From assembly GCF_006345805.1 (NCBI RefSeq), contig NC_043005.1, positions 64,542,001 through 64,606,000 of the forward strand: a DNA stretch of 64,000 bases. Direction: 5' to 3'. The DNA is from Octopus sinensis. Lineage: Eukaryota. Numbering within the stretch: position 1 is the first letter of the stretch; every line of letters begins with the position of its first letter. Shown here one piece after another: positions 1 to 12,744 of the stretch. The notes under the pieces were generated by a model. It did not search any database. It saw only the letters and a program-made list of their open reading frames with translations, and was not told the origin of the DNA. The position numbers were made by a program, and so were the translations under genes.

Positions 1-979
1 TGTTCATTTTCGATTAGGCATAATCTATAACAGCGTTTCTCAACCTTATCATTTTGGGTCCCCTGTTTCGATTGGAGCCTCCAGCTGTATGAAAATTTCC
101 TGACCCCCACCCCGTCAGAAAACAGCTTCTAAGCAACTGGTTGTTTTAATGGCAGAAGAAAGTGGGAAATTCCATTAGAAAAAGATTTCATTGATTTTTT
201 CAGTAAGTATGGGGGCTAGGGAAAAAATACAAACCGCATTCCAATCTATGCATCCATCTCCACATGCGTGCCATTTTTCACATGAATCCACCCAGCCGTT
301 TGGCTGTGAACCTCAAGACAAGAAAGAATACAACAATCGCCCATGTCCAATTTATATTATAGATTTAATTGGCTACTGCATTATATGTTAATGTAGAGGA
401 GAATTTCCCAAAGAAGCTGCTTGCATGTAAAACATATAGTAAAGTGCGGGCTAACATATTTAATGTTCTAAAGCAAAAATATTTTTTCATCAGTTGGAAT
501 TAAAACTGTAATGAAAAACAAATTGGTAATTTTAATGCAAATTCATCTGATAAGATAGAAAGGAGATAATGCTGAGGTTTCAATTAAATGAAGCCGGTCT
601 TCAGTAGTGAAGATGACAAGTAAGAAGATGTTTTTGTTAAAATCCTCCAGTGATGCTTAGTCAGACAACCTCAGAATAACTTGAAGAGTATATAGTTTTC
701 ATGAGATATTGATTCATTGATTTGGCAATTTGAAATAATGGTTTCAAATGGTGCAATACTAGCAATTTAAAGTGGAGGGACGAGTTGATTATAACAACCC
801 CAGTATTCAACTGGTACTCATTTTATTAACCCCCATATGGCTGAAAAGCTATGTCAAACTGAGAAGAATTCGAATTCAGGATGTGATGATTCAGAGGAAA
901 TGCTGCTAAGCATTTCATATGATGTTGCTAATAATTCTGCCAACTTGCCACCTTAAAAGCAATTTAAAATAACACAATA

Positions 980-1745
980 CAAGTATTTTGTTGTCAGGAC
1001 ATATTTATCTGCTTTGAACGGTTTTTCATATGCTGAATCCAAAAATGGAATCCATTTTTTATCAAGTCTACATTTCAAGGCACCAAACCCAACAATTTTC
1101 ACAATTTTCCTCATTTTTCAGGAAAATACATTATTTACGAGAAATTTAGCACAAAACTTCATGAAGATGATGACCAGGGAAAATCAACCAAAGCAGAGGA
1201 AGCTACAGATGATCTGAATTACTTGGGCACTAGCTCATCAGATCCACAGCTATTGGATCAAAATTAATTCAGTTACTTGGTAAGGGACTTCCACTTATCA
1301 AAGGAATCTGCAAAAGTTCTTGCATCTTGATTAAAAGAAAGATGGAACCAAAGTCCCCTATTATCACCCTAGGGATGCTGAATTTTTTCAGTTCTTCACA
1401 GAAAATGATGAGTGGAATATAAGTGGAATATAATGCATGTGATTGGTGCCTTTTAATTGCTAGCTCAAAAAGGAGTTTGAAATGTCTTCTACTTCATAAT
1501 GGAAATATACTGGCTTTTGTTCTAAATGCTTATTCTACAAAACTAGCAGAAAAATATGAAGTCATGAAAGCAGTGCTAGAGAAAAAGAAGTACCACAATC
1601 ATCAGTGGGTGAAATGTGTGGACTTTAAGATGGTCAGTTTTCTCCTGGGGCAACAAAGTCCATACACCAAATTTCCATGCTTTTTATGCATATAGGACAA
1701 CAGAGCCAGGGAAAAACACTGGACGACCAAAGAATGGTTGTAGCA
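980..1745 (+). mobile_element. Degenerate DNA transposon transposase remnant, probably Sola1-type
   Basis: ORF 1423-1695 DWCLLIASSKRSLKCLLLHNGN...KCVDFKMVSFLLGQQSPYTKFPCFLC resembles the WRLFIDSS..SLK..LLHNGN / DLKMV.FLLGQQ.GYTKFPCFLC motifs. Family assignment is from memory. Confidence 0.65.
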
Positions 1746-2701
1746 AACATTAGTCTTAGTGTGTTTTAATACATCAAAAAATGCCTTTCCAATCTCCCAC
1801 TAGCACTAGAGACTGGGATTTTCCCAGAAAGGCTTTAAGACATTTGAAAAAATTGGGGCATCCTATTCCTGTTAAAGCATAGTTTTCTTGAAACCCTGCC
1901 CTTATTTCTAAGTTGAAGAAGTTTACCCAAATCTCACAAACTTAACTTTTCCAGAACAATACCAAAGTCTAACAGACCACAGGATAAGTACATTTCATAT
2001 CCATTGAAAATAGGCAAGAATGTATGTGCTTCTTAGTCTCGCTAATGCACACCATTATTTGTGTTTAGTGACCAGAAGTTGTTGAGCAAATAATCTATCT
2101 TCCAAGTTGAGCCCAGGCTACAAACATTTGTACAATACGTTTAAAGTGTAGTCACTTTGATGGGAGGAAAAAGTGGAACAGTCATTCATCTTGTTCTTTG
2201 AAAAGATTGGTTGATCCTGTCTCCTTGTCAGTAGAGGGAGAAATGTCAAAGAACCTTTCTAAGTATTTTGCTTGGCATGCTAACAATTCTGCCAGCTTGC
2301 TCTTTCTTCTGAAAAGCCCAGCATCAAAATAGTATTCTCTTTCAACTGTCTGTGTTTGAGAGTCTATTTGCTAAGCTATCTGACTTCAGGAGCTTTTAGG
2401 AATAAATCCTCAAAGCCTTTCCCTCTACTGGATATGTTTTTTTTCAGTTTATAACCACTTCTATAAACTTAATGTCCATCTTAAGTGTTTTTCTTTTGCT
2501 GTTGATTTTGTTTTTTTTTTTCTTTTGTGTTAGTGACCTCTTTCCTCCAAGGAAGAAGTATCAATACTTTACCTATTCCAGTTCTAGTAGTAAATTGTAG
2601 GTATAATACTTGCTATTCGATATGAAAGTAATTAACAAGACTTGAAAAATCAGATCTACATTTAGAACACATCACATGAAATGAAATAAAAGATTATAAT
2701 A

Positions 2702-3841
2702 TTGGGTTGTCCGGAAAGTTTGTGCCGATTTATAGTAGTTTACCTCTCAACTTATTTTAGAACATGGTTGAGTCCATAAAATAGGATTTTACTACACCTC
2801 CATTTAGAGCACAGTTTAAGCTATCTTTTTGTGGAAGAAGGTTTATGTTCCTATAACCTGTGTTAATTCTGTAACCCTTTAAAATGGAAGATAAGAAAGT
2901 TCATTTTCAGCACTTGATGCTTTACTTTTTCCATAAAGGGAAAAATGCCTCTCAAGCAACCAAAGAAATATGCGCAGTTTACAGTGATGTTTCTTGATCC
3001 GACAGAACTGTACAGAAGTGCTTCACAAGGTTCTGAGCTGGAGATTGTAGCCTTATTGATAAAGAGCGATCAAGCAGACCATCCACTACAGATGATGACC
3101 AAATCAAGTCATTAATTGAGAATAACCCACATTGCACAACCCGAGAATTGGCAGAAAGCCTCAACCTATCAAAATCCGTCATTCACGAGCACCTGGTAAA
3201 GCTTGGGTATACAAATCGCTATGATGTTTGGGTACCACATGAGTTGAGTGAGAAGAACTTTTTGGATCGCATTTCCATCTCTGATTTTCACCCAAAAAAA
3301 GTCTTGCTTTGAGTCTGGTGGGACTGGAAAGGAATTCTGTACTATGAGCTTCTCCCAAGTAACCAGACAATTAATTCTGAGAAATACTGCACACAACTGG
3401 ACAAGTTAAAAGCAGCAATTCAAGAGAAACATCCAGAATTGGCCAACAGGAAGGGTGTTGTTTTCCAACATGACAATGCAAAACCACACATTTCTTTGGG
3501 AACCAGACAAAAATTGCTGCAGCTCGGCTGGGATGTATTACCCCACCCTCCATATTCTCCAGATATTGCTCCTTCGGATTTCCACTTATTCAAGTCTCTG
3601 AAGAATAGTCTTAATGGTAAATATTTCAATTCCTTGGATGATGTAAAAAGATACCTTGATGAATTCTTTGCCATGAAACAACCTCAATTCTGGGAAGAGG
3701 GTATTTTGAAGTCAAAGGAAAGATGTAGACGCATTGTGCAACAAAATGGTTCATATTTGGTTGATTAAAAATGTAATGGCAAGTATTTATTGACCTTTTA
3801 CTTTCCTTTAAAAATCAGCACAAACTTTCTGGACATTCCAA
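2702..3841 (+). mobile_element. Mariner element, defective (stops, internal deletion)
   Basis: 30-bp TIRs (ttgggttgtccggaaagtttgtgccgattt / aaatcagcacaaactttctggacattccaa) flanked by TA. Transposase from ATG 2884 with WVPHEL, HDNA and YSPDIAPSD motifs; the region carrying the first catalytic D is missing near 3285. Confidence 0.95.
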
Positions 3842-3949
3842 TATTTACTATGAATACAGGGATGTAGGGAACTTAGGCAACTAGAAAACTATTTTTGCAG
3901 GACTACAAAAGATCAAGTAATGACTACAAAAGTATCAGTTAGTGTGGGA

Positions 3950-4410
3950 AAAAGAGTTGTTGGATGCACCAAGGTTGTTAAGAAGGAGAGAGACAAGTGG
4001 GAAGGGTGCTTGAGTGACAGATGTATGAGATCATGCAGTTTTGAGGAGCAGAGGCCATTATGGTAATGATAGAAAATTCTGAGAGAAGTGACAACATACT
4101 TGTAGGCAAGAGGCTAGAGTTTTTCCATCAGTGATGGAGTGCCAATCAGCTAAGTGACCCTACTCTGAATGTGCTCAGTTTTGTAGCAGCAGCATCACTT
4201 CAAAGGCAGGAGCAGTACTCCATTGGGGATCTCATTTGAGCTTTGCAGAGTGTCAGCAGCTGTTAGAGGATGAAATATTTTCTGGCACTAAAGAAAAGGG
4301 CTAGTCTTTGGGATGCAGTACTATACCAATTATGTTGAATATGTACTTTTGCCAAGATAAATCCTTGATGTGAACAAGGCCCAGCATTTGGAGTAACTGT
4401 GTGGTCTCTA
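3950..4410 (-). mobile_element. CR1/L2/Jockey-type LINE reverse transcriptase C-terminal remnant
   Basis: ASQRLALFFSARKYF..QLLTLCKAQMRSPMEYCS-like translation; degenerate. Confidence 0.6.
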
Positions 4411-4859
4411 GTTGAGTGCCACTCATGTTTAGTGTGAGTGTTGTGCAATGGGGTCTTCTTCATATGAGTATCATTTGAGTTCTTTTTTGGTTGAGTATAA
4501 GTATGTGTATTAGAATGTGGGTGTGTGTATGTGTGTGTATGCCTGCACATGTGCATGAGTGTGCATGCCTGCATCTGTGTCAAGTGCATGTGTGTGTGTA
4601 AGTGCATGTGTGTGTAAGTGCATGTGCGTGTGCAAGTGTATAGGTTGAGCAGATAAGAGATTTAGCTGGAATAGCAACTTTTGACAGAGCTAAGTGCTGA
4701 GGAATGCAATGTGTGATGACAAGTAGGAAGAAGAGCAAGTGTGTGGGGGGGGGGAAGAGGAACGGGGGAGAGCGATATGGGGAGAGAATAAGAGAGAGAG
4801 AGATCTGTTTTCAAGCAGATAAAAGGTTTCAGAAAATTAGCCTAACGGAATAACAACAA

Positions 4860-5130
4860 ATCCAGGAATAATTCAGGTTCAGTTAGCACTATCAGGAAAA
4901 TGCAACTATAAACAACAGTAATGATAATGAAATGGCTAGAACACCTTCAAGGTTAAACAAATTAACATCTCTGCATGCACTCCAAAACTTAGCCCTGTTT
5001 GGTACAGCACACATCTTATGCAAGACACTTTCAATTCAATTGACTAGCATCAGCTGTATATTCTCTGTACAATACACATTATATTCTGCACAATCATCGC
5101 CTGTTGATATAACATGAGGCACAGAACACA
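4860..5130 (+). mobile_element. 3' fragment of an R4/Dong-like (RLE) non-LTR retrotransposon
   Basis: LQNLALFGTAHILCKTLS resembles the Q.I.LLGTAHILR..L C-terminal motif. Confidence 0.55.
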
Positions 5131-5323
5131 CTGTCAATACAATCACTGCCCAATAAACTAAAACAACATATATTCTTTCATAATGGACATCCACTGTAAT
5201 AGACCATACATACTACTAATAAGCCACACAGCACAACACATACTTTACACAAGATACACCCAGCACTAAGACATAAAAAGTAATCGTGATAACACCAAGT
5301 ACAATAATACAATTCAAACAGAA

Positions 5324-6102
5324 ATAGTGGCACAACTACAGATTTCTGCACCTCCGACTTTGGACGATCATACCTTTCAGAAAAAGGAATATTTTTAAGG
5401 TGGTGAGCTGGCAGAAACGTTAGTACGCCGGGCGAAATGCTTAGTGATATTTCGTCTGCCATTATGTTCTGAGTTCAAATTCTACCGAGGTCGACTTTAC
5501 CTTTTATTCTTTCAGTGTTGATAAATTAAGTACCAGTTACACACTGGGGTCGATGTAATCGACTTAATCTCTTTGTCTGTACTTGTTTGTCCCCTCTATG
5601 TTAAGCCTCTTGTGGGCAATAAAGAAATAAGAAAAATGGATATTTTTTAATGAAATTTTCTACAAGTTTTCTGCTGAGGGCCTCGTTTGCCTTCATTGCC
5701 TGTTTGTGGCTTCAGTAGAAATCTACGGATGCACAAATGCTCAAAGCAGAGAAAATGAAACAAATAGGGATGACTTGTTCCAAAACATCCCCAAGTGGGG
5801 AATGGTTCTCAGAAATAACTCCCGATTGTTTTCTCCCCAAATTCCTATGTCCATGGAATCTACATAAGGATTTCATTAAAACATTATCCCTTTTCTTTAA
5901 AGTTAAGATTAATTAAAGTGGACTCCAGTGAATCCGAAAATCCCCCCCCCCCACTAAAAAAACTTTCCCCAAGAAATTTTGTATATTCAGAATTTACATG
6001 ATATAACAAATATTCATAAAAAATTTCATTAAAAAATATCCATTTTTCTGAAAGTTATGATCATCCAAGTTGGTGGGGCAGAAATCTGTAGTTATGCCAT
6101 TA
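5324..6102. mobile_element. MITE-like element with ~100-bp TIRs, left TIR interrupted by a SINE
   Basis: atagtggcacaactacagatttctgc...gatcatacctttcagaaaaa (5324-5395, continuing 5632-5660) is the reverse complement of 6020-6102. Confidence 0.75.
5399..5631 (+). mobile_element. SINE family B (tRNA head plus Nin-like domain)
   Basis: ggtgagctggcagaaacgttag...gagttcaaatt...gaggtcgactttaccttt...gataaattaagtacc; flanked by an imperfect TSD gaaaaa(gg/tg)(a/g)atatttttt. Other copies at 10626-10793, 17009-17190, 28237-28465(-), 40161-40365, 61133-61364. Confidence 0.9.
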
Positions 6103-6389
6103 TAGTAGACGGTGTATAAACATTTAACTTTTGCTGAACAACCTGAACAAATGGTTAGTTTATAGTGATCAAATATGTTCGTGCCTCACATTAGCTCACT
6201 CTCTCCATTAAATTGATGATGTCTGAACTGGTGCACTGTATACCACACGCCAGATGTCGAGGTGATCACAGAGCAACATGAGATCAAGTGTTTTGCTCAG
6301 GAACACAATGCACCACCCAGTCAGGGAATTGAAACCATGACCTTTCAGTCATGAATGCAACACCCTAACCACTAAGCCATGTACTGTTG

Positions 6390-6680
6390 GCATCAGCGTC
6401 GTTATCCCTTAATGTCCGTTTTCCATGCTAGCATGGGCTGGACGGTTTGACCAGAGTTGGCAAGCAGCAGAGCTGCACCAGGTTCTAATCTGATTTGGCT
6501 CGGTTACTATGGCTGGATGCCATTCCTAACACCAACCACTTTACAAAGTATGATGGGTGCTTTTGCTTTCATGTGGCACTGACATGGGAGCTTTGTTGTG
6601 GTACCAGCTTTTTATGTGGTGCCAACATGGGTGCTTTTACATTTCACCAGCATAGGGCTTACTTGCTGGCCAATCTGCTT
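6390..6680 (-). mobile_element. RTE-tail repeat (family C)
   Basis: ccatgctagcatggg...ggctggatgccattcctaacaccaaccac; same family as the 3' end of the LINE at 21370-22210. Confidence 0.8.
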
Positions 6681-6964
6681 CAATAGGGTAAACATATGTT
6701 TTGCAAAACAAACATAGAGTAACACTAAAACAACAAATCCCACAATAAAGCAAAACAGGTGCAGCATACAAACACAAAATTTAATCACAAAGGACATTGT
6801 ACCTGATGATGCAGTAGAAACCTGTAAGAAACAGTTGAAATCAGCTTGATTTTGATTCAGCAAATTCAGAAAGTTCACAAAATTTAGTTGAATCTTTCTT
6901 TAAAACAACCCTGTAAAAGTAAAAGCAAGCAGACCATTCTTACAGTTTCCAGTAATACTATATA

Positions 6965-7367
6965 GGCGTAGGTGTGGCTGTGTGGTAAGTAGCTTGCTTA
7001 CGAACCACATGGTTCCAGGTTCAGTCCCACTGCATGGCACCTTGGGCAAGTGTCTTCTACTATAACCTCGGTTCGACAAAAGCCTTGTGAGTGGATTTGG
7101 TAGATGGAAACTGAAAGAAGCCCGTCGTATATATGTATATATATATACATATATATATGTATGTGTGCGTATATGTTTGTGTGTCTGTGTTTGTCCCCCC
7201 CCCCAACATCGCTTGACAACCGATGCTGGTGCGTTTACGTCCCCGCGGCAAAAGAGATGATAGAATAAGTACTAGGCTTACAAAGAATAAGTCTTGGGGT
7301 CGATTTGCTCAACTAAAGGCGATGCTCCGGCATGGCTACAGTCACATAACTGAAACCAGTAAAAGAG
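6965..7367 (+). mobile_element. SINE family A (tRNA head, CORE-like middle, internal microsatellite)
   Basis: ggcgtaggtgtggctgtgtggtaag...ggttcagtccc...gcaccttgggcaagtg...gaaaccagtaaaagag; multi-copy in window. Confidence 0.9.
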
Positions 7368-7649
7368 TTCAAAGTTCCACTCTCAACAATATACTGACTG
7401 GGATGCTTTTATAGGTTATAGCTTTTACAGCCTTCACCAACCAATGTGGTCTACTGCATAGGCTATCAATAGACATTCCGTTTTAATGTCATATCAGCAG
7501 GGCAAGAGCTTATATTGAACCTTTTTTTTACAAATACATGTGCATCATATTTCAGAGACAGCAGAGCTAATCAAAAATGCTCAGTGGCAACACGGGAGCA
7601 ACAATTATCAAATAAATAGAACAAAATATATTGGAATATAACAAATCAC

Positions 7650-7798
7650 CTTAAAAAAGACAAGATCCATATGAGCTCCTCTGATAGCTTCATTATATAG
7701 AGTCATAAAACTTATCAATCGATGATTCAGTTCTGGAAAAGTGTAAATCTCTTCATATACTTTTGGGATCTCTATCTCTGCATCCTCTGCTTCATCCC
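7650..7798 (-). CDS. DNAH5: Dynein heavy chain exon (approach to AAA4), last found in window
   Basis: tgcag|GG; (G)DEAEDAEIEIPKVYEEIYTFPELNHRLISFMTLYNEAIRGAHMDLVFFK; donor AAG|GTGATT; 149 nt. Confidence 0.92.
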
Positions 7799-8544
7799 CT
7801 GCATGAGAAAAAGAAATATAATAATTGTATCATATGGAAAATAAAAATATGCTATTACTTGTTCCATGAAATATGAAAATGTCCTATCATAACTCAGGGA
7901 GGGAGCCTTTCTGTGGTTGTTCAACTTGCTGGAAATAGCAACTAAATCCCGATCATATCACACAAACATAGAAAGGACAAAAGATAGGATGAGCACAATA
8001 TGACCAATCAGAGTTGATCTTTGGCCGGAGAAATTCATTAACAAATGTTGTTTCAAACAGGAAATACCATGACAGATATTTCATGGCAGTTGTGTTGATA
8101 CATATCAATTTCACTGCACTTTTATCAACCAAAGTGTTGTGGATGAAACACAAGACTATTATTATTGGCTGGACTTTTTTCAAAATCATACTTTACTAGC
8201 TCAGGATCTTCAACAGAGTCAAGATAACAGTCACATACCATCATCAGCCTCATCTGTTTTATATCATGCTTCCAATGGCTAAAATGAATTAGGTTCATAC
8301 ACAATAAGACCCCTCCTTATCTTGATTAATCAAGTTGAACTTATGTGTTACCTACTTGTGTTTTACTTTGTCCTAAACAACCCACTGTGATACATTTTAT
8401 CTTTTTGCCACAGCTAAACTGATTTCTACAGCAGTCATGATAATAACCAGCAACTGGACACCTGTAGAACTATGGAACTTGTATAAACATGACAGACGTA
8501 GTATGGTATCTTTTTCTGTCAGTTGATTAAACTAAGTCAATGTT

Positions 8545-9109
8545 TTGGGTTGTCTGGAAAGTCCGTACCGATTTATAATAGCTTACCTTTCGGCTTATTT
8601 TAGAACATGGTTGAGTCCATAAAATAGGATTTGACTACACCTCCATTTAGAGGACAGTTTAAGCTATCTTTTCGAGGAAGAAGATTTATGTTCCTATAAC
8701 CTGTGTTAATTCTGTAACCCTTTAAAATGGAAGATAAGAAAGTTCGTTTTTGGCACTTGATGCTTTGGGAACCAGACAAAAATTGCTGCAGATCGGCTGG
8801 GATGTGTTACCATGCCTTCCATATTCTCCAGATATTGCTCCTTTGGATTTCCACTAATTCAGGTCTCTGAAGAATAGTCTTAATGGTAAATATTTCAATT
8901 CCTTGGATGATGTAAAAAGATAACTTGATGAATTCTTTGCCATGAAACCACCTCAATTCTGGGAAGAGGGTATTTTCAAGTTAAAGGAAAGATGGAGACG
9001 CATTTTGCAACAAAATGGTTCATATTTGGTTGATTAAAAATGTAATGGCAAGTATTTATTGACTTTTTTCTTTCCTTTAAAATTGGCATGAACTTTCTGG
9101 ACAACCCAA
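8545..9109 (+). mobile_element. Non-autonomous internal-deletion derivative of the mariner at 2702-3841
   Basis: Same TIRs and UTRs; jumps from cacttgatgcttt to gggaaccagac. Confidence 0.95.
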
Positions 9110-9210
9110 TAGAATAAGGAAACATTTCTACCCAGAAACACAAGGATACTTATAGTGGATATGTACATCTTCATCTATGTTCGTATAATAATAAAATAAA
9201 TAAATGCACC

Positions 9211-9449
9211 CTTTTAAAGCCTAGCCAGGCTCACGGGCCCAGTTTCCCGTTTTCATGGCATATGTGTTCCCCAGTTGGACAGGATGCCAGTCCATCGCAG
9301 CATTACTCATCTTTGCCAGCTGAGTGGACTGGAGAAACGTGAAATGGAGTGTTTTGCTCAAGAACACAATGAGTTGCCAGGTCCAGGAATCGAAACCACA
9401 ATCTTACAATCATGGTGCTGACACCCTAACCACTAAGCCACGTGCCTCC
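9211..9449 (-). mobile_element. SINE family D (tRNA head)
   Basis: Minus strand ggaggcacgtggcttagtggttagg...ggtttcgattcc...gttcttgagcaaaacac; related head at 6240-6383. Confidence 0.8.
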
Positions 9450-10149
9450 ACATGGTCATATAATCCAATATAGTAAATCCTACAATACTGCTTTAATTAC
9501 AATACCTTACATACCTCACCTCAAATCTGGGCACTAACTATGGCAAATTAAAAAGATATAACATCCAATGAAATTTGAGGTAGTTCTGCACTTTCTAGAT
9601 CCTTTAGATGGTGACCTTAAAATAGATATTAATCTCCACTTAACCATGTATGTTCTGTTAGAATAAACTATACTGCAAAAGGTACTATGAGAGAAACTCT
9701 CATATTAGCTTTCAGTGCAAAATGTCACTTTTGTTTATATCTCCCATGATATCTACCACAGTAAAGTTTATTCCAACAGAACATCCATTTTTAAGTGGGG
9801 TAAATATTACCTCCTAGTATTGATACAGCCTCTATTGCTAACATATATTTCTTCAAATAGATGTCTAAGTAGTTAATATATAGACTCATTTATTTTTAGC
9901 TTAGATAAGGGATCTCAGAGATGAGGATGGTGTTTAAAGATACAAGATGGACATTTGAATAAAAAATAATTTGAGGAAAAGTTTTTGCATAAATACTTAT
10001 GTGTGTGGTCAGCCTTTAACAACACAGATTTTCTATTTGATTTTAATTCACTCTTCAATAACAGTAACAAGTTTAGAGACATCCTCTTCCTACAGAAAGC
10101 AAAACGCTGAATAAAATAAATTGCCAATAAAATGTAACTTATTACATAC

Positions 10150-10242
10150 CTGTGGCTTCTGGCGGATCCCGGAGAAAATTTACAAAATAAGGCTCTGCCT
10201 TCATCGTTGCAGCCAATCCGGACCAAAATACTCTTTTGCCAC
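10150..10242 (-). CDS. DNAH5: Dynein heavy chain exon with apparent 1-nt deletion (frameshift)
   Basis: cattag|GTG; VAKEYFGPD in one frame, then LAATMKAEPYFVNFLRDPPEAT in another; donor G|GTATGT. 93 nt where the flanking phases (0 in, 1 out) require 3n+1. Confidence 0.85.
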
Positions 10243-10297
10243 CTAATGAAATAATCACAAAGATGTTTTTATTTGATTGTACGTAAACAGACAATAC

Positions 10298-10476
10298 ATC
10301 ATCATCATCATTGTTTAGCGTCCGCTTTCCATGCTAGCATGGGTTGGACGGTTCAACTGGGGTCTGGGAAGCCAGAAGGCTGCACCAGGCCAAGTCTGAT
10401 CTGGCAATGTTTCTACGGCTGGATGCCCTTCCTAACGCCAACCACTCCAAGAGTGTAGTGGGTGCTTTTTACGTGT
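10298..10476 (-). mobile_element. RTE-tail repeat (family C)
   Basis: (cat)n tail plus ccatgctagcatgggttggacgg core. Confidence 0.85.
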
Positions 10477-11159
10477 CAACAAAAATGTTAATATTCACAG
10501 AACAAAGAAATCCTTTTATTATTATATTTCTGTTGAAATATGCTGCTATTGGTTCAATTAATTTTGGAAATAATGAAGAGTTTAGTAAAATGTAAAATAA
10601 CTGTGGCATTATTAAGCTGATATCTATTTTGTCTGTCTTTACAGTCTGAGTTCAAATTCCACCAAGGTCAACTTTGCCTTTTATCCTTTAGGGGTCGATA
10701 AATTAAGAACCAGTGAAACACTGGATCGATGTAATCAGCGAGTCCCCTGCACCCCAAAATTTCAGGCCCTGTGCCTATAGTAGACAGGATTATTAAGCTG
10801 ATGTCTGGAACATAAATTTATATAAGATCTTGAAGGAAGGTTTTAATTTAGATCACCTTAAGCAGGAAGTTTACATCATAAAAGTAGGGGCAGCCTGGTC
10901 AGGATTGGTGTCCAAAGGGTTATTGCAACTAACAAATTAGAGAATGACTGCATATTACCAAGATAAAACTAGTATCTTGAAAAACGTACTTTTTATCTGA
11001 TTAGTCTAAAAAAACAAAAAGATACATTTGAATAATTTTAATGGTATTTTTGATGGAATACTTCAAGCAGAGCACTGTCAGTAACCAAAATACTGTATTC
11101 AGCCCTGTCTGCATATATACAATGCTTACAATGGTGAACTGTAACTAATTCTGATTGCA

Positions 11160-12026
11160 CTGGGTCATCCCATGAATAATGCATTTTTTTTAATACTTTT
11201 TTTATTTTTCAAAATTAAGACAAATTTATTTTTTAATCTAAAATATACTCTCCTCCCTTTTCTACAATGCACTTCCATCTATCTGGTAGACTTGCAAGGT
11301 CCCCCTTCAAAAATACACTGGTCCATGGTGAAAAATACTCCTCCACTACTGTGCTGACCTCATCTACAGAATTTCCATCCAAATGATTTTGAAGACTGTG
11401 AAATAAATGATAATCAGATGGAGCAATGTCTGGTGAAGATGGTGGGTTGGGCATCGTTCCCCATTCAAACTGCACTAGCTTTTGGAATGTCATCCTTGCT
11501 GTATGTGGCCGAGCATTATCCTGATGGAAGAACATCTTTCATCTTGAAACCAAAGATGGTTGTTTTCCTTCTAGTTCACGTGTTGATGACTGGTTAAATG
11601 ACTAAATCCAAGCTTTTCTACCAAGGTTTGCAGGACATCCCTGTTGAGCTCTACAGGTCTTCAGGATGAGGCTTGTCTTTTAGGCTGTGTGTCCAGCTCT
11701 GAATTTCTGGAACCACCATTGATACTGGCTTACTCTTATTGTTCAATCCCCATATACTGCATTAATATTCCTCACACTTTCCGTTTCGTTGTTGCTTTAT
11801 TGAACTCATAAAGCAAAATATGCAGAATATGCTCCTTTGTCACTTCCATTATAGCTTTGAAAAAATAACTGTTAAAATCGAACTTCAAAACTTGCACAAA
11901 GAATAAGCACAAGGTAAAATTACTACCTGCTTTGTATAGCAAGTTGATGCAAGTACTTTACCCCCTCCCCCTCCAACTTTTAGTTCATGCAATTAAAAAA
12001 AATGCATCATTTATGGGATGATCCAA
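11160..12026 (-). mobile_element. Second mariner family, deleted copy
   Basis: TIRs tgggtcatcccatgaataatgcatttttt / aaaaaatgcatcatttatgggatgatccaa; ORF with HQDNARPH and SPDIAPSDYHLF. Confidence 0.92.
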
Positions 12027-12138
12027 TATTTATATGCAGTTTGGGTTATTAAGAATGAAATAATTTCCCCAAGGATATGGACCATTGGTTTTTAAATAAA
12101 TAGATTAGCTTATATATATGTAATATAAATATATATAT

Positions 12139-12340
12139 AGTTAATCCAAACATGAACAAGCAAGAAAAAACAACAACACACGGATGTGGAATAAGTACAG
12201 TGCTATTGGAAGCTCAGGAAAGGAAAGAAAAGAGGATTTCACGTTTTGAGCAGAGCTCTTCATCAGAAATATAGAAAGAGTCCAAAGAAGGGAAGACGGA
12301 GAAAGAAAATCTCCAATGATACAAATGCGGCCACACATTT
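12139..12340 (-). mobile_element. (TA)n-anchored repeat with hammerhead-like motif (Penelope pLTR-like), same family as 26953-27170
   Basis: Reverse complement aligns with 26953-27170; both end ...tttggattaact next to (TA)n. Confidence 0.7.
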
Positions 12341-12387
12341 TGGTGGCAAATATACTTCCCGATTATATATATATATATATACACATA

Positions 12388-12660
12388 TCATCATCATCAT
12401 CAATATCATCATTTAACGTCCATTTTCCGTGCTAGCATGGGTTGGACGGTTCGACTGGGGCTTGGAAAGCCAGGAGACTGCACCAGGTTCCAGTCTAATC
12501 TGGCAGTTTTTCTACAGCTGGATGCCCTTCCTAATGCCAACCACTCCGTGAGTGTAGTGGGTGCTTTTTACGTGCCACTGGCACGGATGCCAGGGGAGGC
12601 TGACAGCAGCCATGATTGGTTGGTGCTTTTTATGTGCCACTGGCACGGAAGTCAATATTT
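12388..12660 (-). mobile_element. RTE-tail repeat (family C)
   Basis: (cat)n tail and family core. Confidence 0.85.
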
Positions 12661-12700
12661 GCCAGCAAAATGTGGCTGACCCATAGAGGATTTATTATTG

Positions 12701-12744
<44 letters not shown>

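Noticed and set aside
1760-2200. Possible additional Penelope linker or endonuclease remnant on the minus strand
   Set aside because: Only faint peptide resemblance with many stops; cannot be supported without a profile search.
1-7649. Next dynein exon (expected DAM.HL.KISR...GVGGSGKQSL)
   Set aside because: Not found by eye; it probably lies left of the window, though a missed exon cannot be excluded.
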